DNA of 64,000 nucleotides. Source: Hypanus sabinus (Eukaryota). Within the stretch, counting starts at the first letter, position 1. Each line of letters opens with the position of its first letter. Positions 41,030 through 52,559 of this stretch are shown here, in pieces. The stretch is taken from contig NC_082724.1 of assembly GCF_030144855.1 (NCBI RefSeq), positions 41,168,001 to 41,232,000 on the forward strand. Direction: 5' to 3'. The translations under genes were made by a program, and so were the position numbers. The notes beneath the pieces are model-generated. The model searched no databases and was not told the DNA's origin. It saw only the letters and a list, made by a program, of their open reading frames with translations.

Positions 41030-41620
41030 CTTTTCATCATAATAACTTGAAATGCTTCTTATTATCCATAACTTTAGGTAGTCTAAAGTAGACTTGTCAG
41101 CAGCAGCCCCCAGTACTTGACTCTGGAGTGAGAGATCACTTAGGATACCTCTATGGTATATGAAAAACTTGGAAGATTAGCTCATTTGTCCTTTCATATT
41201 ATAATATTCAAAAAATTGTCCCTCCTGTCAAATAATGATTGAGAAAAGGATCCTTCCACCTAGCTTTCAAAAAAGATAATAAAATGCAATGGAACTGTAT
41301 CACCCTAATTCCTACTTTATCAGTAGCCAAAGCTTATGAAGCATTGTATTATACTGAAAGACATTAAAACTATTTTGAATCCTTCTTTCAGCATTGAAAT
41401 TAAATTAGAAATGTGACTCTATTAGAACATTCTTCTGAATAATCCACATTGGTGGAATAAATTTTGCCTTTGCGGGAGATTTTATTTGCTAATGTTCTTC
41501 CAGAGTAACTGAAAATAAGATATTGTAATTTTTTTGATAAAAGGTTCTGCTTTTTTATCTACTAAAACATAACATTTTGAATCTGAATTGCATGGGAACA
41601 TTATTCAGAACAAAAATGTC
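41030..41620 (-). mobile_element. Decayed L1/Tx1 RT fragment
   Basis: Minus-strand remnant aatgctgaaagaaggattcaaaatag resembles DAEKAFDRV; A-rich minus strand. Confidence 0.5.
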
Positions 41621-42199
41621 ACTTGTTTTAGTAGACATTTGCATGTGTTTACAAGAAAGAGTCCAAGTTGCATCAATAAAATGTCATATTTAATCAAACA
41701 AATAGAAAAATGCCCAATTTAAAAAAACACCTGATATATACAATGAAAAATTTTGAATAACATTTGCCCCAAATGATACCACTTAAAATCAATATGGTGC
41801 AAAAACAAATTCCTCATTGTCTCGTGTTAAATACCCCATTTCTTTCAAGGGCAGATACACTGTTAATTTATATGGGAAGTAATTCTGGTGTTATAATGAG
41901 ATGATTTCCTTCAAAAGGCTATAAGAAAAACACTTTATGCCCTTCTAAGATTAGGTACTCCACTGCAATATGTATCATGATCTCCAATCAAAGGATTGAG
42001 TTTCAGGCAAAGTGATGATAGGGTACTTAATGATGATGGGCCTTGCATTTCAATGCGGACACATTGCCACCCAACCTCCAGATATTCACATGATGCTGCT
42101 GCAATCCCTGGGCAGTTGTTGTGAGGCAGTCCCTAACTGATATTTCACCTCCCAAAGACAAGACAATAGCAACTAAATTAAAATCTCCTCCCCATGAAG

Positions 42200-42650
42200 G
42201 CTGGTATTAGATAGCTTAATAGATATACTCGTAAACCTAACATTTTTGTAAGTAAATTGCGTAAAGGAATTTTGAAGGACATTTGGAAAGGTAGGGATTG
42301 ATAAGGGACAATAAACATGGTTTTGTGCATAGGAGTTCATGCCTCACAGTTTTGATTGAGTTATTTTGAAGAAGAAATCAAGAAGGTTGATGAAAGCAGG
42401 ATGGTAAACTTGTTGTATATGGACTTTAATAAGGTCTTTTATAGAAGTTCACATGTTAGGCTGCTATGAAAGATTAGTTTGGATGAGATGCAAGAAAAGC
42501 TAGCTAATTAGAAACATAATTTGTTTGATAGTACAAAATAGAATACAATGCTGGAAGATTAATTTTCAGACTAGAAGCCTGTGACCAGGGGTTGGTACTA
42601 GGCCCATGGCTATTTGTCATCTATAATCAATTATTTGGATAAGAATGGAA
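42200..42650 (+). mobile_element. Old CR1 RT fragment
   Basis: catggttttgtgcataggagttcatgcctcaca (HGFV...SCLT) and tatatggactttaataaggtcttt (YMDFNK.F). Confidence 0.8.
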
Positions 42651-43240
42651 ATGGGTAACTACTGAGAACACAAGAAACCAGAGATGTGTAATCTAAAGCA
42701 CCAAACAATTTCCTAGGGCTTGGGTTCTTAACTGGAGGATCATGAATAGATTCCAGGGGATCCATGAATTTGGATGGGAACAAATTTACATCTTGATTTT
42801 CACTAAACTCTAACTGAAATGTCACATTTCCTTCAATTATGAATATAGGCAACAAACCACAGCAGTATTAGCAGTACATGTGACTGTCACCATAGAGATC
42901 ACAGGTATTCTCACATTAGAATTGTTATAAATATATCAAAATATTTTTAACTGCACATTCATCACTACTTTGAAATTACCAGCGATATTAGATCTGTTGC
43001 TAGATCAAATGTAATCACTGTCTCCCTGTCTGCTGACATTCGTGCGATGTAGCTGGTCAAATATTCAGCAGCCCTGCACCTTCAGTGAAGTTGCATGTTA
43101 TCACATTTGTGATCCAGGCATTTGCATTGCTCTTCATTATCCCTATCTATACTTGTTTGTAGAACAATAAAAAGAAGGAGCTGAGTTGTTTTTATTGTTT
43201 GCTAAAGTTTTGTTTGAACTGGACAGTTCAAACGAGAATT

Positions 43241-43350
43241 CTTTTTTTTTTAAACTTTTTTTATTGCATTTTTAAATGGTTACAAAGTATGAAAAAACAA
43301 TGTATATAACCCATACCCCCTCCCCTTAACCCCTCCCCCCTAACTGCCCT
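43241..43350 (-). mobile_element. Short L1-type 3' tip
   Basis: Poly(T) plus tttattg and a C-rich tract (G-rich 3'UTR on the minus strand). Confidence 0.6.
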
Positions 43351-43790
43351 ATATTCTTGATTCTTCGTAAGACTGTGCAGCCTTTTGTAATACTATTCAA
43401 CTCCATGCGCACAATAGCCAAATTCCAGGAAGGACACAACTCCTGAGCTACTGCTCTGATCCTTGTGTCTATCCAAGTATCTAAAATCCAATAAAAGTAT
43501 CAAAACTTTGGATAAATTGTAAAATCTGCCTTATTTTACTTACTTGGCGTACAAATTTCTTAAATATCTTACACTTTGCTTAATTAATAATCAGATTACT
43601 TATTTCTTTGTAGATTTATCAAATTACTTAAAACCATACAAAATTAATGAGTTTCAATTGTTGCCATTATATTAACAAAACAAAATCATTGGCTGTCCAA
43701 TATGACATCTGTATTGCCTTGTAAAAGACTATCCCACAGATTAATGTTCTCATACAAGCTAAGCAACAACAACCTTCACATTGATATGTC

Positions 43791-44949
43791 TTTGATAAGG
43801 TACCCCATGCAAGGCTGATTGAGAAAGTAAGGAGGCATCGGGTCCAAGGGGCCATTGCTTTGTGGATCCAAAACCGGCTTGCACACAGAAGGCAAAGAGT
43901 AGTTGTAGACGGGTCATATTCTGCATGGAGGTTGGTGACCAGTGGAGTGCCTCAGGGATCAGTTCTAGGACCCCTACTCTTCGTGATTTTTATAATTGAC
44001 CTGGATGAGGAAGTGGAGGGATGGGTCAGTAAATTTGCTGATGACACAAAGGTTGGCGATTTTGTGGATCGTGTGGAGGGCTGTCAGAGGTTACAGCGGG
44101 ACATTGATAGGATGCAAAACTGGGCTGAGAAGTGGCACATGGAATTCAACCCAGATAAGTGTGAGGTGGTTCATTGTGGTAGGTCAAATTTGATGCCAGA
44201 ACATAGTATAAATGGTAAGACTCTTGGTAGTGTGGAGGATTACAGGGATCTTGGGTCAAAATTCATAGGACACTCAAAGCTGCTATACAGGTTGAACTCT
44301 ATGGATAAGAAGGCATACAGTGCATTGGCCTTCATCAATATTGAGATTGAGTTTAAGAGCTGAGAGTTAATATTGCAACTATATAGGACTCTGGTCAGAC
44401 CCTACCTGGAGTACTGTGCCCAATTCTGGTTGCCTCACTACAGGAAGGACATGGAAACCATAGAAAGGGTGCAGAGGAGATTTACAAGGGTGTTGCCTGG
44501 ATTGACGAGCATGTCTAATGAGAATAGGTTGAGTGAACTCGGCCTTTTCTCCTTGGAGCAACGGAGGTTGAGAGGTGACCTGATAGAGGTGTATAAGATG
44601 ATGAGAGGCATTGATCAGGTGGGTAGCCAGTGTCTTTTTCCCAAGGCTGAAATGACTAGCATGAGAGGGCATAGTTTTAAGTTGCTTGGAAGTAGGTACA
44701 GAGGAGATGTCAGGGGTATGTTTTTTACGCAAAGAGTGGTGAGTGCGTGGAATAGGCTGCCGGCGACGATGGTGGAGGCGGATACGATAGGGTCTTTTAA
44801 GAGACTCCTGGATAGGTACATGGAGCTTAGAAAAATAGAGGGCTATGGGTAACCCTAGGTAATTTCTAATGTAAAGACATATTCGGCACAGCTTTGTGGG
44901 CTGAAGCACTGGTATTGTGCTGTAGGTTTTCTATGTTTCTATGTTTCTA
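43791..44949 (+). mobile_element. Young 5'-truncated CR1 LINE (RT), frameshifted
   Basis: ORFs 43860-44363 and 44373-44852: VTSGVPQGSVLGPLLF, SKFADDTK, LVRPYLEYC; (ttctatgt)n tail. Confidence 0.95.
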
Positions 44950-45379
44950 AACATAAAATTTAAGTTTAACGCCTAAATTTTAAATATATAGTATTAATAT
45001 TTAATGCATTTTTAAAGAAGCACATATATTAACATATCACATTAAAAATCAATATTTATGTTTCATTTGTAATGCTATTTTATTTTATATATTTAAATAT
45101 ATTATTCTGAGACTGGACCCAAAAGGGTATGGTATAAAAAAACGTTAAGAGCCCCTATGCTTGAGGAATTCAGGAGCTGAGCAATATCTGTGGGAGGAAA
45201 GGAACTCGATGCCTTTGAATCAAAATTTTGCATCACAACTCCTCAATCCATTGAGTTCCTACAGCCGATTATTTTGTTGAAACGGGAAACTATTGAGTTG
45301 TTAGGCAAATGTCAGTGTGTTTTATTTGGATTTTGGAAAGCATTCATTATGCATAAGAGGTTGGGTGACAAAGTTAGAT

Positions 45380-47360
45380 AAGAATCACAATCAGGTTCAT
45401 TATCACTGACATTTGTTGTGAAATTTGTTTTTTTTTGTGCAGCAGTACAGTGCAAGACATAAAAATCACTACAAATAACAACAAATAAATAAACAGAGCA
45501 AAAAAGGAATAGCAAGGTTGTGTTCATGAACCTTTCAAAAATCTGATGGTGGAGGGCAAGTAGATATTCCTAAACATCAAATCCTGTATCTCCACTGCAA
45601 TGGTAGTATTAAGAAGAGGCTGTGTCCCAGATGTTGAGTGGCATTAATGATGGATGCCACTTTTTGAGGTATTGCTTTTCAAAGATGTTCTCAATGGTGG
45701 GAAGGCTTGTGCCTATGATGGAGCTGACTAACTCGACACTCTTTGCAGGCTCTTTCAGTCCTGCTCACTGGAGCCTCCATACCAGCTGGTGTTGCAATCA
45801 GTCAAAATGCCCTGCCGTGTTCCTGTGTAGAAATTTGCAACAGTCTTTGGGGAAGGAGCTTCGTAAAGACAATGCTACAAAACAGCGACTACTTTGCTTG
45901 CATCTTTGGAAACAGCTCTATTTCTATCTTTAATATCGCTATTTTTCCCCTTCAGGATTCATTTGAAGACCCTGACCTGGAGTTACATGCTGACTTCGGT
46001 CCTTTACAGGACGGATCCCACTCTCAGGGTCTCACGACTGGCCATTATTCAATACACCAAGAACGTGGCCTAGAAGATTAGCTCGTCTTTGTTGTTTCTG
46101 GATTTCATGGCTCTGGAGGCGGGCAGATTTGAGGTCAGTGCCTCTGCAGAAAATCGGTGTGTCATGGGAGAGCTTGGAAAAAGTGACGCAATGGACTTTT
46201 AACATCGTAACTCAGCATTGTTTGTTATTCTGTGAAATGGAGTCCCCACTTTTTCCCTTATTAGGAAGGGAGAGAGAGCCTGTGGTATGTCGAAAACCAT
46301 GTGAAACGTAGTCTTTGGGGTACGGCAAGTCTGTGCCTTTACTGATGCTTTGCGACATGCTGGGTGCTTGGTGGGAGACACCATTGCTTTTTTTTTTGCT
46401 GGTGGGGGAAGTCATTGCTTTGCTGCTGCTTACACATAGAAGGGGTTGCTGTAGGGGTTCTTTAGGCTTCTAACATTTAACTGTCATTCATTCTTTGGGG
46501 CAGTCCTCTATTTTCATGGATGGTTGTGAAGAAAAAGTATTTCAGGATGTATATTGTATACGTTTCTCTGACATTAAATGTACCTTTGAAACATTTGAAT
46601 TGCCAAATTTCCTCAAACTCTTAAAGGAGTATAGCCATTGGCATGCCTTCTTCATAAGTTGGGTCTATAAAAGATCTGAGATGTTGACACCCAGGAAGTT
46701 TTGAGCCACCACTGACCTCTTAATGGGGGCTGCTGTGTGCTTTCCTTATTTCCCCTTCCTGAAATCCACAATCAATTCCTTGGTCTTACTGACATTGACT
46801 TGAGTTTGTTGTTGTGACACCACTCAACTCAACAATCTATCTTGCTCCTGTACAACTCCTCATCACCATCTGAGATTCTGCCAACAATTGTAGTCTCAGT
46901 AGAAAATTTACATATGATGGTTGAGCTGTGCCAAGCCACACACAAGATAGTCAAGCAATGGGCTAAGCATGCATCCTTGAAATGTGTCTTTCTTGATTGT
47001 AAACAAGGAGATGCTGTTTCTGATCTGTATTGACTGTGGTCTCTGATGAATAAGTCAAGGATTTATGTATAGCGGGAGATACAGAGGCTTGGGATTTGAA
47101 GTTTGTTGATTAGTAATGAAGTGACTATGGTGTTGAATGTTGAGTTATACTCAATAAAGAGCAGACTGAGGCATGCATTGCTGTTGTCATGTGGTTCAAA
47201 GCCGATTGAAAAGCCAGTGAGATTGCATCTGCTGTAGTTCTGTTGTAGTGGTAGACAAATTGCTGTGGTGCATGTCCTGGATTAAGTAGGTGTTAATTCC
47301 AGTCATGACCAATCTCTCAAAGCACTTCAACACAGTTATGTGAGTACTTTCGGGCAATAG
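45380..47360 (-). mobile_element. Rex1/Babar-type LINE, split by an insertion at about 45860-46597
   Basis: Reverse tail at 45380; sequence resumes (ccaaatttcctcaaactc) at 46602; reverse RT motifs (gttgaatgttgagttatactcaataaaga = LFI.YNSTFN). Confidence 0.82.
45866..46597 (+). mobile_element. Non-coding retroposon with a Rex1-like (tttgaaac) tail
   Basis: 3' 400 bp is homologous to 60742-61112; ends ctctgacattaaatgtacctttgaaacatttga. Confidence 0.7.
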
Positions 47361-47949
47361 CTGTTGAATCAATGTTGTAAAGCTGCCCTCAGAGTAGCTA
47401 TGAAAGGAGGTTTCGGATTTTGATTAAGAATCCAGCAGGAATGGCAACAGATTTTCATACAAGAAAATTGTTGGAACGAAATATATAGCTGTTGGCATCC
47501 CCACACACATTTGTTAGATTCTATCTACTAGCTGTTGGTTGTGTGGGTTTTGGAGCTATTCTTAATAGAATAACCTGACTCATTGCTTGCAGTTTAGCTT
47601 GAAACTATAATGCTGCATTGAAGAAATAAATGCTTAGGGTGATGGATGATGTGATAAACAACTGGACCAAGCAAACAAAAAGCATCCTGGATGGCATGAA
47701 TCCAAAGATAGGCAACGTGTACTATTATACCAAACTTGCACTACCAGGTATTTGCATAGATGGTCCAGCTAAGGAGAAATGAAAGAGCCAAAGGCTAGAA
47801 GATATTCTTTCCATTGCCATGCAGTTTGGAGAAATGCCACATATAATAGAAAAGTTAATTCAAATCAAATGCAAATAGCATTACATGCAGACCTTGACAA
47901 TTGGGCCAGCATGGGAGAGAGCACATAGGGCAGGGACAAGGAAGAAATG

Positions 47950-48310
47950 TGTGGCATCTTTTAGTGTCGTGAGACCATGGATCTGTGCCCTCTCCAGGAT
48001 GCAGGCCTGGGCAAGGTTGTATGGAAGACTGGCAATTACCCATTCAGTGAGCCTCCCATCTCCACACCATTGATGTTGTCCAAGGGAAGGGCAAGGTGTC
48101 GTCGCACTGGTGTCATCGCAGGAGTTGCCAGAACGAGGTTGAAGACAATGTCGGACTCCCTTAGGGACTCCAGCTCCAGATTTGACCTCAGGGTTTACTC
48201 CCAAAGCCTTTCCCATGAGTGGGTATGGCCGCAAGTGAGCGGATGTCTGAAATCAGAGTTTTCCCTTTTAGATGGACTGCCTTCTCATACTAACGAGCTC
48301 CATCTACCCG
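47950..48310 (-). mobile_element. RTE-related SINE-like retroposon
   Basis: Head ggtagatggagc...gtccatcta...ggaaaactctga resembles RTE 5' regions; 3' ~170 bp shared with the SINE at 59194-59502. Confidence 0.65.
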
Positions 48311-49207
48311 GAAAAATAGACCATCTGGAAAACTCAAAGCCTCCTCTGTGATCAGTTTGCCTTACTTGTTTGGTCTCTCGTTAGTATTTGCTAATCTTTC
48401 TAAATCCCCATGATTGAGCACAGAGCATTGTCGCAAGAAAGCAGCCATTATCAGGAACTCCCACCACCCAGATCATGCTCTCTCCTCTCTGCTGGCATCA
48501 GGAAGCAGCAATGTTCACATATAACAATTAAAATAATCTCTCTGCACTCACCAGCTTTCTTCCTCATAATCAAGTACAAATGTAATGTCTCCAAGTGCCT
48601 TGATTATTATATAAAATAGATGAAAGCGATCAAGTACTGAGCACAGTAGAACTGCATTCAAAACAACATCTGCTTACCAGAAGCCTATTAAATGCCCACA
48701 CCCATTAACATTTGCCTCCTACCATTGATCCAATTATCAATCCAGCTCATCTTTTTTCTCTTGTTTTTATCTAAAATAAACATAAACTTCCATTTAACTC
48801 CTCAAAAGTATAATTACCATACAGACATAAATATGCTTTAAATTCATTCTGACCATATTTGATTAAGTATTATTTAGGGAAGCCTGGAATAATCTGTCCC
48901 ACTGTTGTTTTCCAGCAATTCTTCCATTCCTAATGTTAGGGTGATCTTCCTATATTCTGTATATTCTACTCAACCTTAGTAAACAACATAAACAATGTTT
49001 CTATCCTTTGGGGTGGATGGGGTGTCCAGAGACGGTAGCATCTCTGGGGAAGGGGCTTGTTGTATCCATTCTGAGGAGCTCACTCATCTAGAATTCCCAC
49101 TGGGCACTCAACTCTCACCTGTGGCTCCAAGTAACTACTTGCATGCAACAGTGGCCACTTCCGATACACCACTTCAACAAGCGGGCTAAGTTAGGTGATA
49201 GTAGCCA

Positions 49208-50575
49208 GTGGCCTCAGGCCCCGGTGAGATAGGTACAATTAATGGAAAATTAGTAGGTAAATTAATGGAAAGTATTTTTAGAGATGTGGTGGGTAAATTA
49301 ATGGAAAGTATTCTTAGAAATAGTATTTATAATTATCTGGATAGACAGGATCTGATTAGGAGTAGCCAGCATGGATTTGTGCGTGGAAGGTCATGTTTGA
49401 CAAACCTTATTGAATTTTTTGAAGAAGTTACGAGGAATGTTGACAAGGGTAAGGCAGTGGATGTAGTCTATATGGACTTCAGCAAAGCCTTTGACAAAGT
49501 TCCACATGGAAGGTTAGTTAAGAAGGTTCAGTCGTTAGGTATTAATGCTGGAGTAATAAAATGGATTCAACAGTGGCTCGATGGGAGATGCCAGAGAGTA
49601 GTGGTGGATAATTGTTTATCAGGATGGAGGCCGGTGACTAGCGGGGTGCCTCAGGGAACTATTTTGGGCCCAATGTTATTTGTAATATACATAAATGATC
49701 TGGATGATGGGGTGGTAAATTGGATTAGTAAGTATGCCGATGATACTAAGGTAGGAGGTGTTGTGGATAATGAGGTGGGTTTTCAAAGCTTGCAGGGAGA
49801 TTTATGCCAGTTAGAAGAATGGGCTGAACATTGGCAGATTGAGTTTAATGCTGAGAAGTGTGAGGTTCTACATTTTGGCAGGAATAATCCAAATAGAACA
49901 TACAGGGTAAATGGTAGGGCATTGAGGAGTGCAGTGGAACAGAGAGATCTAGGAATAACAGTGCATAGTTCCCTGAAGGTGGAGTCTCATGTAGATAGGG
50001 TGGTGAAGAAGGCTTTTGGAATGCTGGCCTTTATAAATCAAAGCATTGAGTACAGAAGTTGGAATGTAATGTTAAAATTGTACAAGGCATTGGTAAGGCC
50101 AAATTTAGAATATTGTGTGCAGTTCTGGTCACCGAATTATAGGAAAGACATCAATAAATTAGAGAGAGTGCAGAGACGATTTACTAGGTTGTTACCTGGG
50201 TTTCAGCACTTAAGTTACAGAGAATGGTTGAACAAGTTAGGTCTCTATTCATTGGAGCGTAGAAGGTTGAGGGGGGATTTGATCGAGATATTTAAAATTT
50301 TGAGAGGGATAGATAGAGTTGACGTGAATAGGCTGTTTCCATTGAGAGTAAGGGAGGTTCAAATGAGAGGACAAGATTTGAGAGTTAGGGGGCAGAAGTT
50401 TAAGGGAAACACGAGGGGGTATTTCTTTACTCAGAGAGTGATAGCTGTGTGGAATGAACTTCCTGTAGAAGTAGTAGAGGCCAGTTCAGTTGTGTCAGTT
50501 AAGGTAAAATTGGATAGGTATATGGACAGGAAAGGAGTGGAGAGTTATGGGCTGAGTGTGAGTAGGTGGGACTAG
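49208..50575 (+). CDS. CR1 ORF2 reverse-transcriptase domain (455 aa open frame, no endonuclease; probably not a host gene)
   Basis: QHGFVRGRSCLTNL, YMDFSKAFDKVPH, SGVPQGTILGP, KYADDTK, LVRPNLEYC; the GTG start is borrowed from the flanking element. Confidence 0.6.
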   Translation: MASGPGEIGTINGKLVGKLMESIFRDVVGKLMESILRNSIYNYLDRQDLIRSSQHGFVRGRSCLTNLIEFFEEVTRNVDKGKAVDVVYMDFSKAFDKVPHGRLVKKVQSLGINAGVIKWIQQWLDGRCQRVVVDNCLSGWRPVTSGVPQGTILGPMLFVIYINDLDDGVVNWISKYADDTKVGGVVDNEVGFQSLQGDLCQLEEWAEHWQIEFNAEKCEVLHFGRNNPNRTYRVNGRALRSAVEQRDLGITVHSSLKVESHVDRVVKKAFGMLAFINQSIEYRSWNVMLKLYKALVRPNLEYCVQFWSPNYRKDINKLERVQRRFTRLLPGFQHLSYREWLNKLGLYSLERRRLRGDLIEIFKILRGIDRVDVNRLFPLRVREVQMRGQDLRVRGQKFKGNTRGYFFTQRVIAVWNELPVEVVEASSVVSVKVKLDRYMDRKGVESYGLSVSRWD

Positions 50576-50650
50576 GTGAGATTAAGAGTTCAGCACGGAC
50601 TAGGAGGGCCGAGATGGCCTGTTTCTGTTCTGTGATTGTTATATGGTTAT
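49237..50650 (+). mobile_element. Young 5'-truncated CR1 LINE
   Basis: Uninterrupted RT frame to the natural stop at 50575, CR1 3'UTR and gttatatggttat tail. Confidence 0.95.
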
Positions 50651-52559
50651 AACCCTGTCCTAGCATGCAAAGTCAGCTCCAGCTGACTAGGTGGATGAGA
50701 TCTGTAATGAGATCCAACAGCCAGGAAGGTGGTTCTGCATCACTCTGTGGAGAGCGAAGGGCATGACAAGGCACAGAAGACATCATGTTCATCCGCTGCA
50801 ACCAAGACAGACCTGTTTGTGATGCTTGCTTGTACCGCTGGACCCAGACTTCTGAGGTTGTGAGAGTGGAACTGCCCCTGTGCAACAACCTTAGTTTTTC
50901 TTCTGCAAAAGTTTCAATTGTTTTCATAATTTCTTTATTTTAAACTATTGACTTTTCCAGGTCATCTGTACTATTAGGTTCACAGCACTAGGTTCTCTTT
51001 TTAAGGAGAAAAGCCTCAACCTACCCTATTAAATCCTTCTTACAGTAGGGTCTATCTTTTTTTTATCACTCTTTGAGTATTTGGTCATCCATAATACAGT
51101 CCCAAAGACATGATAATTACTTCTTTGTTCTTTACTTCAAGCCATAACATCAAATTCTTACAGCTTTCCAGCCTTTCCCTCCTTTGTTTAGTATTTAGTG
51201 TTAATCAATATTTCCCCACCCTAACTTTGGCAAAAGCAGAAAAACAATCCCTTATTTTATGTCTCGCTTTAACTCATTTGGAAAACCTCTCCCAAGAATA
51301 TTAACCTATCAATTCTGCCCTCTGTTAACATATTTATTATCTCGTTCTCAGAAGGTCTGGCTCCCAGAGTTATGAGCCCCCAATCTATAATTTCCAATGG
51401 TGCTTCTATCTCTTCTGTACCTTTTCTTGCATTGCTACCCCAGCAGTTAACTGGTTTTCAGTAAATCTTCCTTAACAGGTAACAGTTCATGTTCCAAAAA
51501 TATTACTGACTCTAACACTGTTGAATTGAAGTCCATCAATCTTGAAGGATCTAAGCAGGTCTAGTACCAAAGGAAGCTGAAGCATTCTGTATATGCAGAT
51601 CTCGAACCAAGCATTCATGTGCTCAATCTTCTCAAAGGAATTCGAGTAATCCAGGGATAACTACCATCATGTATTTTATTCCCCTTCCATCTTAATCTAT
51701 TTGCTTATGATCCTACTCTTGCCCTCCCTGCATTTTCCACAATGCTATTAGTAGCAAAATAAACTATAACCACTCAACTGCTCATCTGCATTCTGGGCTG
51801 CTCTCTCCTCCAGTCAGCCCTACTTGAATACCACTACGCCTTTTACATCACTTTTCCACTACGCATGTCCTGATCAGTGCTTTATTTGTACAGTCTATTC
51901 TCTTTGGGAAATCCACACAACACGTTTTTCTATAGTCTTACCCTTTCCTCAGCAACTAATCCCAGTTTCTAGGATATTATTAAACAAGTATTGGGCTCCT
52001 TCACCCCTGATGGATTATCTCTCCTCCTGACATTCTCAAAACTTCCATTTTTAATTAGTTTGTTTTCAAAATACTATTTTAAAAGGTAGAAGCATTATGA
52101 GACAAGTATTGGGATGTTGGAGAGATGATCAAGAAAAAGAAGCAAACTGTTCTTTTTTAATATGGTCTAATAGATATCTTGCCAATATATCAAATACTAA
52201 ACCATTGCTTCAGAACACATTACCAAAAATAAAAGCATATCAGTAATGTCATCTCTTTTCTATCACTTCTCTCTCCTCTGGTTTAATGTAACAATGAAAA
52301 GAAATAGATAGAATATTTGAGTTTTCTTACCAAACTGCCAATATTATCACCTATTTTCAGAAATAGCTTCCCAAAATATAAAAATTACATCAACACAAAA
52401 TTTTAAATTGCCTTCATTCATATGCTGGCTTGAAAACAAAGAACAGATGGAACCTTATGAAAGCCAGAAACTGCACAACTGAAGTAAATTAATTTGGGGA
52501 AATAATATACACAGATGCATCTTGGGAAACCAGATAACTGCACATGCTCAGTTTGCGTA

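Larger units (their letters stand above)
42719..45157. mobile_element. hAT/Charlie DNA transposon (Charlie4-like), interrupted by L1 and CR1 insertions
   Basis: TIRs cttgggttcttaac (42719-42732) / gttaagagccccta (45144-45157), each 12/14 to CAGGGGTTCTTAAC; degenerate 8-bp TSD tcctaggg / tgcttgag; subterminal sequence resembles Charlie4a as recalled from memory. Confidence 0.72.
48981..50885 (+). mobile_element. Non-coding RTE-5'UTR-like retroposon, split by a CR1 insertion
   Basis: GC-richer segments 48981-49236 and 50651-50885 flank the CR1; 10-bp TSD caaccttagt (48971-48980 / 50886-50895). Confidence 0.7.

Noticed and set aside
43010-43520. Tigger/pogo transposase remnant (SNANAW-like and LD-like patches on the minus strand)
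   Set aside because: Motif order is wrong for a pogo DDE domain and the match is too short; left unassigned inside the hAT
44379-44909. 176-aa minus-strand ORF and other 60-180 aa ORFs in the track
   Set aside because: Antisense or alternative frames of LINEs, or random ORFs in AT-rich DNA; none resembles a host protein I recognise
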